Source: Bilabrum cf. latius (lineage: Eukaryota). Taken from it: a DNA stretch of 64,000 nucleotides. Positions within the stretch are counted from its first letter, which is position 1. Each line of letters opens with the position of its first letter. Of the stretch, positions 23,051-33,600 are shown in pieces. Position numbers and translations under genes: made by a program. The notes beneath the pieces are model-generated. The model saw only the letters and a program-made list of their open reading frames with translations. It did not search any database and was not told where the DNA came from. The stretch covers positions 682,001 through 746,000 of the forward strand of contig OZ237743.1 of the NCBI GenBank assembly GCA_965178125.1, given 5' to 3'.

Positions 23051-23680
23051 TTAGACAGCGTGTTTGAGTGATCGATAGGTAACCATAACCTCGGAGGCTA
23101 GTTGTCCAATGCTGTCGAAAGTTACGTATTCATCACCACCAAACTCAAACTGGCGAAATTGCTCTCTGGAGTGATCGAATACTTGTTTATCAGAATCACT
23201 GAGTTGTTTTCTGATTTGTTCAGAATAGCGTTTGCTTGGAATGGCAACACAGACACTTGTTCGCTTAAAGCGTTCGAGGGCTACATCTACATCACTAGTT
23301 ACGAATATTGCCTTACGATCCTTGTTGATCAACCATTCACGTTTTACATCTTCAATTGCTTGAAGCACAAACTTACGCCGGATATCGGCACTTACCCCTT
23401 TATCTTGGTGTTGTTCACCCCAAGCTAATTTTAATTGTTCGGTAGCGTTGCCAAATACTGATGCTTTGACACATTCATCAAGATCAACTAATCTAAGATT
23501 CTTGTTGCGTGATTGAAGCGTCTTGCATAGCTAACTCTTACCACATTTGCTGGGAATTAAGAGCACTAGCTTTTTACGTTGATCAAGAGGGCGTTCAAAT
23601 ACATATTTATAAAGATACCAAACGGCATGATAGCCTAAAGAAACTAATCCTGTGGCTACTACGGAAGTATTTATCTCCAT
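23051..23680 (-). CDS. P-loop kinase-like protein with N-terminal hydrophobic segment, 209 aa
   Basis: ATG23680, LLIPSKCGKS[TAG]LC...LVDLDE; in frame with track ORF 23051-23368. Confidence 0.65.
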
Positions 23681-23739
23681 TATACTCTAGATAAGAAAAA
23701 AAATAAGAATTGGTGGAATATTTTCTGGTTTAGAGTATA

Positions 23740-24270
23740 ATGGCAGATATACTGACCGACCCAAGAAATACCAATAACCTTTATGCCCCAAGAATGGGAG
23801 CAAAGACTTTACGCTTAAATCCAGTTTTAGGTCCAAGCGATGTATTAGTTGGCAACTCAAGTATTATATTTGAGGGCTCAATAGGAGTACCTTACATCCT
23901 TTCAGAAGCAGATGAGCTTAGATTTGGTAAAAACGCACTATCCGCTGGAATGAGATTATTGTTTAGCAATGATGGCGAGAATTGTAATATTGATCTGAAT
24001 GGCACAGTTAATTCCACTAATGCAGTTAAAGCCCATGGATCAGGCAGTTGGACTGGTGGTTCATCATTGGCAACCTAGACCTTTTCAGCCCCAGGTGTGG
24101 TTGCAGGTGATCACGTTCATATTACTACAACTACTGAACCAACAGGAGGGGCAACTGAGTTTTTGAAAGTGGTTGCAGGAACTGATGAGTTTACAGTCCA
24201 TCTATCCGGTAACGCAGCAGGTAATGAGGATTATGCTTTCAACTATTTGGTTCTTCCTTAGAGTTCTTAA
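23740..24270 (+). CDS. Putative fibre/spike-like protein, 176 aa; homologue of 4985-5506
   Basis: Extends through 2 TAG to TAA24270; similarity to 4985-5506 continues past the TAG. Confidence 0.7.
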
Positions 24271-24325
24271 GTTGATAATTACTGTTATTTAATTATACAA
24301 TTAACTAATAGTAACAATTTAGTTT

Positions 24326-25000
24326 TTAGTTTTGTGCTAAGTAGTATTTTTGCTCCCATTTCCATCGATCGAGAGATCCATCAGACACCGGACGGTGTTG
24401 TTTAAGATATCTATGGACTCGGGAATAAGCACGTCTCCAACTGCACATTTTACGATCCACCATTTCTTTGGCAGTCAGAGCACCTTTATCACCAAAATAG
24501 ATCCATTCACCGTTTTCCTGCTCTTGTACCATCCATCGAAATTCGGGTTTATCACTATCAACCACTTCGACTTTAAATGGTTCAGGTTCGGGTTCGGGTT
24601 CGGGTTCAGGTTCGGGATCACCGAAACCTGGAATTACAAAAGAAACCTATCGCTCTCGTTGTAATTTAGGTGGGCTTAAATCCACAACAGATGGTGGAAT
24701 GGCAGGTTTAGGTTCAGGTTTTGGAACAGGTTCGGGTTTAGGTGCAGATGGTGGAGTGGCAGGTCTAGATTCTGGTTCAGGTTCAGGTTCTGGCTCTGGT
24801 TCAGGCTCTGGTTCATCTGAATCGCTATCAGGTTCAAGAACTGGTTCTGGTTCGGGTTCTGGTTCGGGTTCAAGATCGGGTTCTATTCGTAATTCTTTAC
24901 GCATTAATTCAAGGTATTTGTCACGGGCAACTTTATCGTGAGGATAGGTTTGTTGAGCAACAGACAAAACGTGCAACCATAATTGGTTTTTGGCGTTCAT
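24326..25000 (-). CDS. PE-repeat protein, 224 aa
   Basis: Track ORFs 24647-25000 and 24326-24565 are in frame and joined by TAG. Confidence 0.75.
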
Positions 25001-25039
25001 ATATATTAGCTTAGATTTAATTTGCCACGTAAGATTAAG

Positions 25040-26173
25040 ATGAATTACGATAGCGTATTTAATGCTTTAGAACAGTGGAAGTTTCCTACCTTTTCAGTTG
25101 GAAAAACAAGACGTAAGATTTCAGGTGGAAAGAAAAGTATACCAACTTGTAACTTTGGATTGGTCTAGAAAATGTTTTCTAAAGATAAATCTTGGCAACC
25201 AAGTACTGTTATGGTTAAGAATCCCGAGATTCATCAAATGCTGGTGAAGTTGGGGCGCTAGATTGATCCTAATTTGCGTTTCAGCAATATAACCGTCAAC
25301 AAAAACTTTTTGTGTGCCCCTCATACAGATAGCCTAAACAAAGGTATAACCATGATTGTGGCTTTTGGAAATTACAAAGGAGGAGAGTTAGTGGTAAAAA
25401 ACTAGGATGGAACTCAATAGCAAATCGATATTAATCGGAAACCGTTTTACTTTTATGGTCACAGTTAGGAGCATTGGACAGCACCGTTCACAGGTACTAG
25501 ATACAGTTTGGTTTTTTATAATCATCATCATCATTTGGTAGAGAGACCGCAAACTACTGATAGCAAGGTGATTAAGGAATTGTTAGGAAAAAAGATGGAA
25601 TATACACAGTTTTTCAAGTAGGAGAAAGGGGAGAAGTGGTGTGATATCGGAGCAAATATTGGTGCATTTACAGCCAGATGTTAGATGCATGGAATAGCAA
25701 TCAAGAGTTATGAACCAGATGAAGGTAATTATAATATATTGGTTTAGAATTCTGTAACCCCCGATAATTGTTTTAACCAAGCGGTGGTGGCGGATAGTGA
25801 GACCCGAGAAATCCCTTTGTATCTAGCAAAATCAGAGTGGAATCATACCACCTTAAGAAAGGTGCGAGGAAGAAAACGGGTGATTGTGCCAGCCATTAGT
25901 TTTAAAAAAGCAATCGAGGGTTGTGATTGTGTTAAGATGGATATAGAGGGAGCAGAATTGCCGATCTTGGATCAATGTGATTTTAGTGGATTGAAAAAGA
26001 TGGTAGTAGCCTATCATGTTAACTATGCTCCAGATTTAGATGAGTTATTGAGGCGAATAGAGAGATTAAAGACTTTCTTTCAAAAGGTACAACATGCACG
26101 ACTACCAAAGCGAGAAGCCATGGCAAACAAGAGGGTGTTTCCAAATGAGGTCATGTTGTATTGTAGTAATTGA
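25040..26173 (+). CDS. TET/JBP-like 2OG-Fe(II) dioxygenase fused to FkbM-family methyltransferase, 377 aa
   Basis: One frame with 8 TAG. N-terminal NKNF..PHTD..N...[10 protein letters not shown]...[18 protein letters not shown]-terminal [20 protein letters not shown]. Confidence 0.85.
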
Positions 26174-26287
26174 ATCCTGAATCTTGAAACCTCAATCTTC
26201 AAATTAATTTATTTCTGTATTAAAACCAAGTCGATTAATACGGAATTAATTGTAAAATCACACTCGTCTGTGTAAGTATCCAGAGGA

Positions 26288-26530
26288 TTATTCAATTTTC
26301 TTTTCTTTTTTCCACTGGGCAAACCACGAGTGGGAACTAGCATCTTTGGTAAAATTGCCGACGTTCTTGTATCGCTCGGGGTCCTTTTTGCGCATAACGG
26401 GGTACATTTCTTTTACAAACAGGTTATAGTTGCTGAGTTTCTATTTGGGTCTCTACTTGAGTTGTTGTTTCTTGAGTTTAACAAGTTCGTGTAGGCGTTT
26501 AAGGCTAATCTTTCGAAGATCGATATCCAT
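26288..26530 (-). CDS. Small basic HMG-box/YABBY-like protein, 80 aa
   Basis: RPK[TAG]KLSNYNLFVKEMYPVMRKKDP...WK; absent from the ORF track. Confidence 0.6.
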
Positions 26531-26556
26531 ATATTATTGTAATCTATATTATTTTC

Positions 26557-27984
26557 TTATCTTAATTTCCATTGCTTTAATAAATCCATAACTTGTTTAA
26601 CGTTTGCTTTAGTTCCTTTATTGAGTAACTTGCTAACCTCTGCTTGTTGTTTACGAGTGAGTACATTGGATAAATCTTGTTTTATCCATTGAAGCGAGGT
26701 ACGCTTTGCGTTTGGAAAACGTAAGAACGCCTCTAAATGGTTGGCGGTGTGATTGATTTGTGCAAGTTTAGGATTTTCGAGTGTTTTAAGGGCAGCTCGG
26801 CGTTGTTTGAGAGTACCTTTATTGGATTGAATCACTCGTTTACTTGCTTTGTACCGCATTCCTTGTTTGCGATATTCCCGACTATCGTTTAGTAGTTGGG
26901 TTTGGATTTCCTTGGGATTGGCAAGAGGTTCGAATAGGTAAACCACAGTGATTTCTTGGTAGTATTTGCCATCAAACATGATTAAATCTAGTTTGGCAAA
27001 AGGGTCTTTGCTGATAATAGATTGTATTCTGGGTTCTAACTGTTTTAGATTTTTGACTGTGGGTTTGTAGTGTTTGCCACCTAGTTTAAGTTCCACTGGT
27101 CGAAGGGGAGAACTTTTGGAACTCAATAATTCTACTAGATGGATTAAGTGTGGTACAAACATTGGAATATCTTTTTGTGTTAGTTGTTGAAAGAAATCGT
27201 AATCACTAGCGTACAAGGAAATAACGGGATTGGTTTGCGAACCTTTAAGTTCAATCACGGATTGTTTGGAGGTATTATCTAATTCTAAAAGATTGGCAAC
27301 TTTGAGTAGTGGTTTAGCAAAGTTAAACAAGTTGAATTTGCGAATAATGGGATCAGTTTGTGCTTTACCGCCTTGAATTACAAAGTTTCCAAGACTGTGT
27401 GGATCTAGACCAGCTTTGCGATTGATGCGTTTGCTAAAAGGATTTCCAAGAGAAATAGGATCGCTACTAACGTTGTAACTTTTGGTTTTGCCTTGGGTGG
27501 CAAATCGTCGAATGGTGTTGCCAACTAAGTTTCGAGCGGTAGGGGCTGTTCCAGCATTCCAACCCACACTTTCGATTCCTAATTGCTATCCAATCTAATT
27601 GGCTAAAGCACCTCCTAATGAGTGTCCAGTAAGCACAACTTGTCCATTGCTAAGTTGTTTGATTTCCTCAACCTTTTTTTTCTCTCGTTGAAATCTATTT
27701 CCATTGGGAAGTGTGTTTTTAATGATTCGAGCATCGTCTAATAGATCCTCAGGATCGCTGACAACTGTGCCTCGAAAAGCAACAATATATTGATTTTTAT
27801 CGTTACGATAGACGGCTCGTTTGTTATCGCTTAAACTGGGAACATACATCCATTTTCCTTGTTTGGAGATTATTGTGGTTCGGGCATTGGGTGATTGATA
27901 GGCTTGCCCAGAGGCTTTGACTAGGTGTTGCAACTATCTGACTTCGTTTAAATTACGGGCTTTTTTTCGCTTTCCAGCAAACAT
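26557..27984 (-). CDS. Class-3 lipase-like domain fused to putative nucleotidyltransferase-fold domain, 475 aa
   Basis: VAFRGT, DLLDD and TGHSLGG; downstream KGS..LYASDYDF...KLDL. Track ORFs are in frame and joined by TAG. Confidence 0.75.
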
Positions 27985-28029
27985 TCTATATTACATAGTG
28001 AGATATATAATTTAGAATGGATTTATTAA

Positions 28030-29751
28030 TTAGTAAGAACCTCCCATTGCATCTGCCTAGCTTGAACTCATCACTTGACCTCCAACCATCTAAACCCCAC
28101 CGCCAACATGGTTTACACCAGCACCAGCCATTTTCATAACCTGTCCTAGAGCGGTACTATCACCAGCGACCTTGTTTACACCTGGTAGGTTGCGTACAAA
28201 TTTGCTGGCTTTTTGGACAAATGGTGTAGCTTTCTTGACGAAGTTCTTGAATTTCTTCCAACCGCGTCCACCGCGTCCGCCTTGAATAGCATGTTCGCTG
28301 TCATCCTCAAGATAGACCACAGGAGCGCTGGTGAGTGTTTTGGCTACTGGAATAACAACCTCTTTGGCTTGAATGCGTCCATTTTTAAATTCAATGTATC
28401 CGCCATACATGAAAGGGATTTGGATGGTGTAATCGCCGGCTGCGATTGCATTGGCTGTGCGGTTGGCAATGGTGAGTTGTAGGCTGGTGAGTCTAAACTC
28501 TTTCTTGACACCACTCATTAATTCGGCATCTAGTGGCATCTAACTGGGGCGTAAAGGTAAGATGCTCCAATTGGCGAGTACCTAATTGGCAAGGGTACTT
28601 TCAGCGGGGTTGAGTAGTAAACCAGCAAACTGGGCATAACTACCAACGTAGCCATTTGAAACGGCTAAATCGTAAAGATCGCGAGTGCTGTGATCATCAA
28701 GAAGTTTGAATTTATTGCCGACGGTGCAACTTATGTGAGTAATAGGTAGAGTTATATCAGGACCATAATCATCAGCACCACGATTGACCACAACATGAGG
28801 AACAAACATATCGGGAACAACGTCTTCTCTGATGATGGGAATACTGACAACGGTTTCGCTATTAGCAAGTAAAGCAGTATTACCCTGAAATTCATGAGGA
28901 ATTGTTTTTTCCCATGGGTAGGCGTAATTGGTGCTGAGAGGAACTTGGAGTGCAGCGTTCTTAGTGTGTAGACGCATATTTACAGTTCCTCCTTCTAATG
29001 CAACTCTTAAGTCGTCAAGACCAGAACGAACAAGGCTGGCGGCAACGTTATTAAGTTTTAGTTCAAGATTCCATTGATCCATGCTATTGCATGGTTTTGG
29101 GTACTCTGATTTGAAATCAAAAGCATCGGAGGGTAGACGGCAAATTAAACTGGGAATAGTAAATCTAACGGTGGCGGCATCTACAGCCTCCAGAGTGGCA
29201 TTGTAACGTAAGCCTAAACCGCGAGTGTTGGTGTTTGAGGTGGAGTTAAAACCATCCCGAAGCACATTGCTTTGTGCCAGAGGTACATATTTTGAACTGG
29301 TATCAGGTTCAGGACCATTGGTGATAAGGGAGTTGACTTCAATGGAGTTCATACCAGCCCAGATGTATCGCATTTTGGATGGCTCGGTTTGGATATTTTG
29401 TCCTGCTTGATTGAAATCGATTCTCTCAACAACTGATGATTCGCCGAAGGTGGCGATACCAAGGTTGTTTTTAAGGTCATCGGGGACAAGATTGCCACCA
29501 CCATTGAGAGTTAGTAAGAAACTAAGGTTCTAGAATTCCATATCGGGGATACCAAGCAATCCATCAGCAGGATCAAACTGCCAACGGTAGCTCCAACCAG
29601 TGTTTGAAAGTGGTTTGGTTGATGGGTGATCCTCATAAACCGCATTACGTGCATCGGCTTGACTTTGGTACTTAAGTTGAGAGGGGGCAGTAAATTGGTA
29701 GCTTTTGCTGATTCCAATTTCTAAAGGGAGATTAGAGTTAATTTCACTCAT
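28030..29751 (-). CDS. Virophage major capsid protein, 573 aa
   Basis: Three track ORFs in one frame joined by TAG, ending at TAA28030. DLYDLAVSNGYVGSYAQF resembles the Sputnik-type MCP segment; size, Gly-Gly-rich tail and position after protease and penton fit. Confidence 0.85.
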
Positions 29752-29776
29752 TATAACTAGGTTGTAGAAAAAAAAA

Positions 29777-30688
29777 TCAAGTGAATTCGCTAATTTCCTT
29801 AAACAAACCCTTGATATCGGCGGCTGATTCGCTGGGTAAACTTATTCTTGTTTCAACACCTCTATAATCTAACCAGTATAATTCAAAGGTTAAGTTTTTA
29901 GTACTACCAGATACATCCAGCATTTGAGTCCATCGTGGAGTGCTACTAGCATTATACAAGAAAGATCTATAAGGAGATCCGTTGGTCATAACCACTTTAA
30001 AATCGGTAACAATACTTTCGCTTTTATCGGAGATTTTGCCTTGTGAGTTGAGTGGTAGAGGTGTTAATTCTTGATTAATGGGTAAACCCCGTGCTTTGAT
30101 AAGGATACGAGCAACAGGATCGATATTTTCGAGTGAATCGGTGAATTGTGTTTCGAGATCATTTTCTAGTAGTAGCCAGTTCCAACTATCGGATGGATTG
30201 CCGCTGCCTGATTCAAAACGAAAAGTGTGTAACATTCGGGTTAATCTGGGGTTGAATCCAAGACGATTGGCGGAACGAAAGGCGGTATTGGAGTTGATGG
30301 AAAATAGTTTACCGTCGAAACTAACTGATGGTTGATCACCTGTACCAATGGATAGATTATCACATGCAACTTTGATTGAGGCATTGAGTTCGGCGACGAG
30401 ATCCTGCATGTTGTAGTACAGATCCTCGGAAAAGGTAAGATCAATTATTTCGGCAGTGCCAGAATTGGGTTCAACACTGATTGAAAGTGGATTGAGTGGT
30501 GCTTGGAAAACGGGTAAGGCAACACCGTTGCTAATAAACCATCTAACAATGCCAAACAGGTATCCTTTGTTGGGTTTGAGGAAGGTTGATTGTCGTGTTT
30601 GTTCAAGATTGGTTTCAAGATCGGTTTTGCCTTGGTTGAACTACTATAGGTTTACGTATTGGTAATCAATTACGTGACTTTTTGCCAT
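29777..30688 (-). CDS. Minor capsid (penton) protein, 303 aa
   Basis: ATG30688, two tandem TAG, QTRQSTFLKPNKGYLFGIVRWFI...LPVF; beta-rich and adjacent to MCP. Confidence 0.75.
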
Positions 30689-30711
30689 ATAATTACTACC
30701 AGTGATAATAA

Positions 30712-31233
30712 TTACTGAGTTATTTGAAACACTAGTTTATCTAGATTGGGTTGATTGTTTAGTTTGCTAAGGTATTTTAGGTACTTGTGGTATTGATCAT
30801 TGCTCATCTAGCGATTGGCAAGGCGTAAGACGCAGTGTCGACCACATGTTGCGATATCATCGGAGTATTGTTGGTGTGGGTAGTGGGAATAATCAACTAA
30901 CTTACCAGTTTGCCAGAGTAACTTGGTGAGGTTTTGGTGGTTGAGTTTGCGATCGTAGAGGATTTGTTTTTGTGCACCAGAAAGGTTTACTTTGTGTGTA
31001 TCAGGAAGTTCGCCATAAGGATCGTAGAAATAGATAACATTGGGAGTTTGAATAACACAGGTGTAGTGACCGCTGATGGTGTTGCCATATTGTTCTTGAG
31101 GGTAAAAAAGTACGAAATCGCCTTGGGGTAAACCATGATGTAAGATATCTTTGTATTGTATCCAATTGAAATTGGGTATGCTGAAACGATTGGCAAGATG
31201 AGTTAGTTGTGTGGGGTTTAGGGTTTGATCCAT
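30712..31233 (-). CDS. Adenain-like cysteine maturation protease, 173 aa
   Basis: GHYTC, FYDPYG and QQ...TCGRHC; extends through TAG to TAA30712. Confidence 0.88.
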
Positions 31234-31729
31234 ATAACCATTACCTTATATATTTTATAGAGTTATAATTTGTGTGTTTGTTCTAAGATTTTTTATTTGA
31301 TTGTTCTAAGTTTGTTCTATGTTTTGTTCCATAATTTAAAAGAGATTAAAAGAAATGTTCCATGTTTCCATGTTTTTTTTGTAACCACAGATAATTTCGA
31401 AACGAAATTTTCAGAGAAATGTCAAAAATGAAATATTGAGAGAGAGTGTGAAAAAAATGTGGAACATGGAACATCTGTATTAAATCCGTACTAAACCAAG
31501 TAAAAACTGAGACACAAAATGTGGAACTCTTTTAAATATACTGAACAATATCTTACACCACGCGCTCCGCACGTGCGCTCCGCGACCGCCCCTCGCCCGT
31601 TTGAAACCCCTAGAGAAGTAAATTATATCCATTAAGGAATTGCGGAATCCACAGCAACTCGCAGGAGAATCTGTTCGCGCCCAGCAACACTCTCTCCCGA
31701 TCCATCTCTGCACGTACAGAATAACCCAG

Positions 31730-33600
31730 TCAGAAATTTCGACTCTTGTACAATTCATGGAAAGTAATTACTTTTAACAAAAGTAAAATCCCCTATACTC
31801 TACTCTCGCAGTCCATATGAAACCCGTAGTATACTACGGGTTTCATATGGACTGCGAGACGATGGCCGCTGCTGCTCATTGCAACTCCACTGGCAGCTGG
31901 GCCACTCTTGGCAGCACCGTGTCCTCCACGGGCACGATTGCCGTGTGCAACGATATCACGGTCGCTCTCCCCCTCCATCCGTTGCATGCCACCTCCAATG
32001 CCCTCCTGTCTTGCTCTTTCACCTCGTGCCACGTGCACTCCATGACGGCGCCATGCGACCCCAGCTTCTTCTTCATCCTCTTCGTCATCGATACCTTCGT
32101 CCTCGTCTTCGTCCCCTTCAGAGTCGGTGTCTAGCCTCGCCATCTGCAGCATGCAAGCCTTGCAGTCGTCAAACTGGCCAGCAGCTTCCATCGGGGTGAC
32201 TAGCATGCGGATCTCATCATCGGCTCCTTCCTCTCCTCCAACAGGCACCGCCACCCTTTCGTGCAACGCACTGCGGCGCACTTCGTTGCGGCTCATGACC
32301 ACCGCCATGCCAACGATATCACGGCGCACTGCGAGCGCAACTAGCTCCCTCGCATGGTTCTGGTTCCGAGTCATGCGAACGCGCCGACGAACCTGCCTCT
32401 CGAGTGCCTTCCTCCTGGGCATGTAGCTCAGCACGTGGGCCCTCGACTCCTCGTCCATGCCTGCAAGCAGGAGCTCCACGAACACTTTCCTGCTGCCGCC
32501 GCAAGTCCTCAGAGCGGTTGCGACCAGCTCCATCCTTGCGATCAAGCCATAGTTCAATGACCCTTGTCTTGCCGTTGGCAGCCGACTTGCTCGTGCCAGG
32601 CAGCGCTGGGCGTAGCTCACCAGCGACATCTCGCTATCTCTCCGGTTAAGTGCTGCCCGCACCCTGTAGTCGATGGGAGCGCCTGCGTTCGCCAGCACGG
32701 CGCACGCGCCTACATGACCGCCCTGTATGGCGAGCGTCATGGGACATGATCGGCTCGCGTCAAGGAGCTGCGTTGGGATGAGACGACGCGAGAATTGCTT
32801 TTAATTAGACCTACCATACCTTGTTCATTGCGACAAGCACAGCGAACAGCGTGCCAGAACACCAACCATCGAATTCTCACGGGACCCTCCGCTGCTCGCC
32901 TCAATTTCCCGGACGTAGCTTGCGCCCCACGACTGAGAAATATACTGCAGTTGCCGTACATGCCGCATTGTGCTGCGTACTGTAAGGGCGTGTCCCCGGA
33001 CTGCGAGCATGTTCGCTGATGATCCGGAATACAAATAGATATGGCTGCACACAGATCACAAGAACAAAGGGTGCGTAGGTTTGCTCTCAAACAAACTCAC
33101 ACCTGGCTGCAAGACAACATGTGCCGCGTGGCGCATCAGCAGTCTTGTCGTGGCGGCACTGTCGATACACCCGGCGATATGCACTGGCGTGGGGTTGGTA
33201 AGTCGATGCGTCTGCACAGGTAGCTTGACGGGTAAATAGATTCGCAAGATGATAAAATAGGGCGAATCAATACGATTTCGTCTACCTTGATGAGCCAAAA
33301 CACATATGTCTCACGATGGGTCGAAACCGCACGAGTTCCAGCACTTGGTTCGATGGGGCGAGCACGTCCCTCATGGTCTCGATGGGGTCTGGCCCTCTTC
33401 CAATTGAGGCCAGGGTGTACTGAACGCCTTCGTGGTCACGATTAAGGATAGCCTCTAGCAGGTTGTGCCGTATGGGGCGAATAAAAGCCTCACGGCGCTT
33501 CGGGTACCGACTCGAGTGTTGCCTGCGACATTGGCTTGGGGCGAGGGTGAGGAGAGCGACTGTACCGGATATTGTGCGAAATGCTTGCTGCAACACCGGT
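31730..33600 (-). CDS. Host ankyrin-repeat protein (multi-exon, boundaries approximate)
   Basis: GDTPLQYAAQCG and LAIQGGHVGACAVLANAGA segments in different frames imply introns. Confidence 0.55.
31804..31859. repeat. Perfect 56-bp palindrome
   Basis: TCTCGCAGTCCATATGAAACCCGTAGTA|TACTACGGGTTTCATATGGACTGCGAGA. Confidence 0.95.

Larger units (their letters stand above)
1..31557. mobile_element. Endogenous (integrated) virophage region, Lavidaviridae/Maveriviricetes-like; probably composite, left end outside window
   Basis: AT-rich, gene-dense DNA with MCP, penton, cysteine protease, A32-like ATPase and rve integrase. Shift toward GC-rich intron-containing host genes after ...ATCTTACA (31557). 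Boundary approximate; no matching left TIR seen. Confidence 0.9.

Noticed and set aside
24580-24880. GGTTCR hexamer runs as telomeric or satellite repeat
   Set aside because: They encode the Pro-Glu repeats of gene 24326-25000.
1-31557. Decayed, pseudogenised viral relic, as the fragmented ORF track suggests
   Set aside because: Interruptions are exclusively TAG, in frame, often at conserved Gln sites, with no frameshifts seen; essential host genes show the same pattern.
11830-31557. Long terminal inverted repeats delimiting a complete element
   Set aside because: Only a short degenerate inverted similarity was found; no convincing TIR pair or TSD lies within the window.
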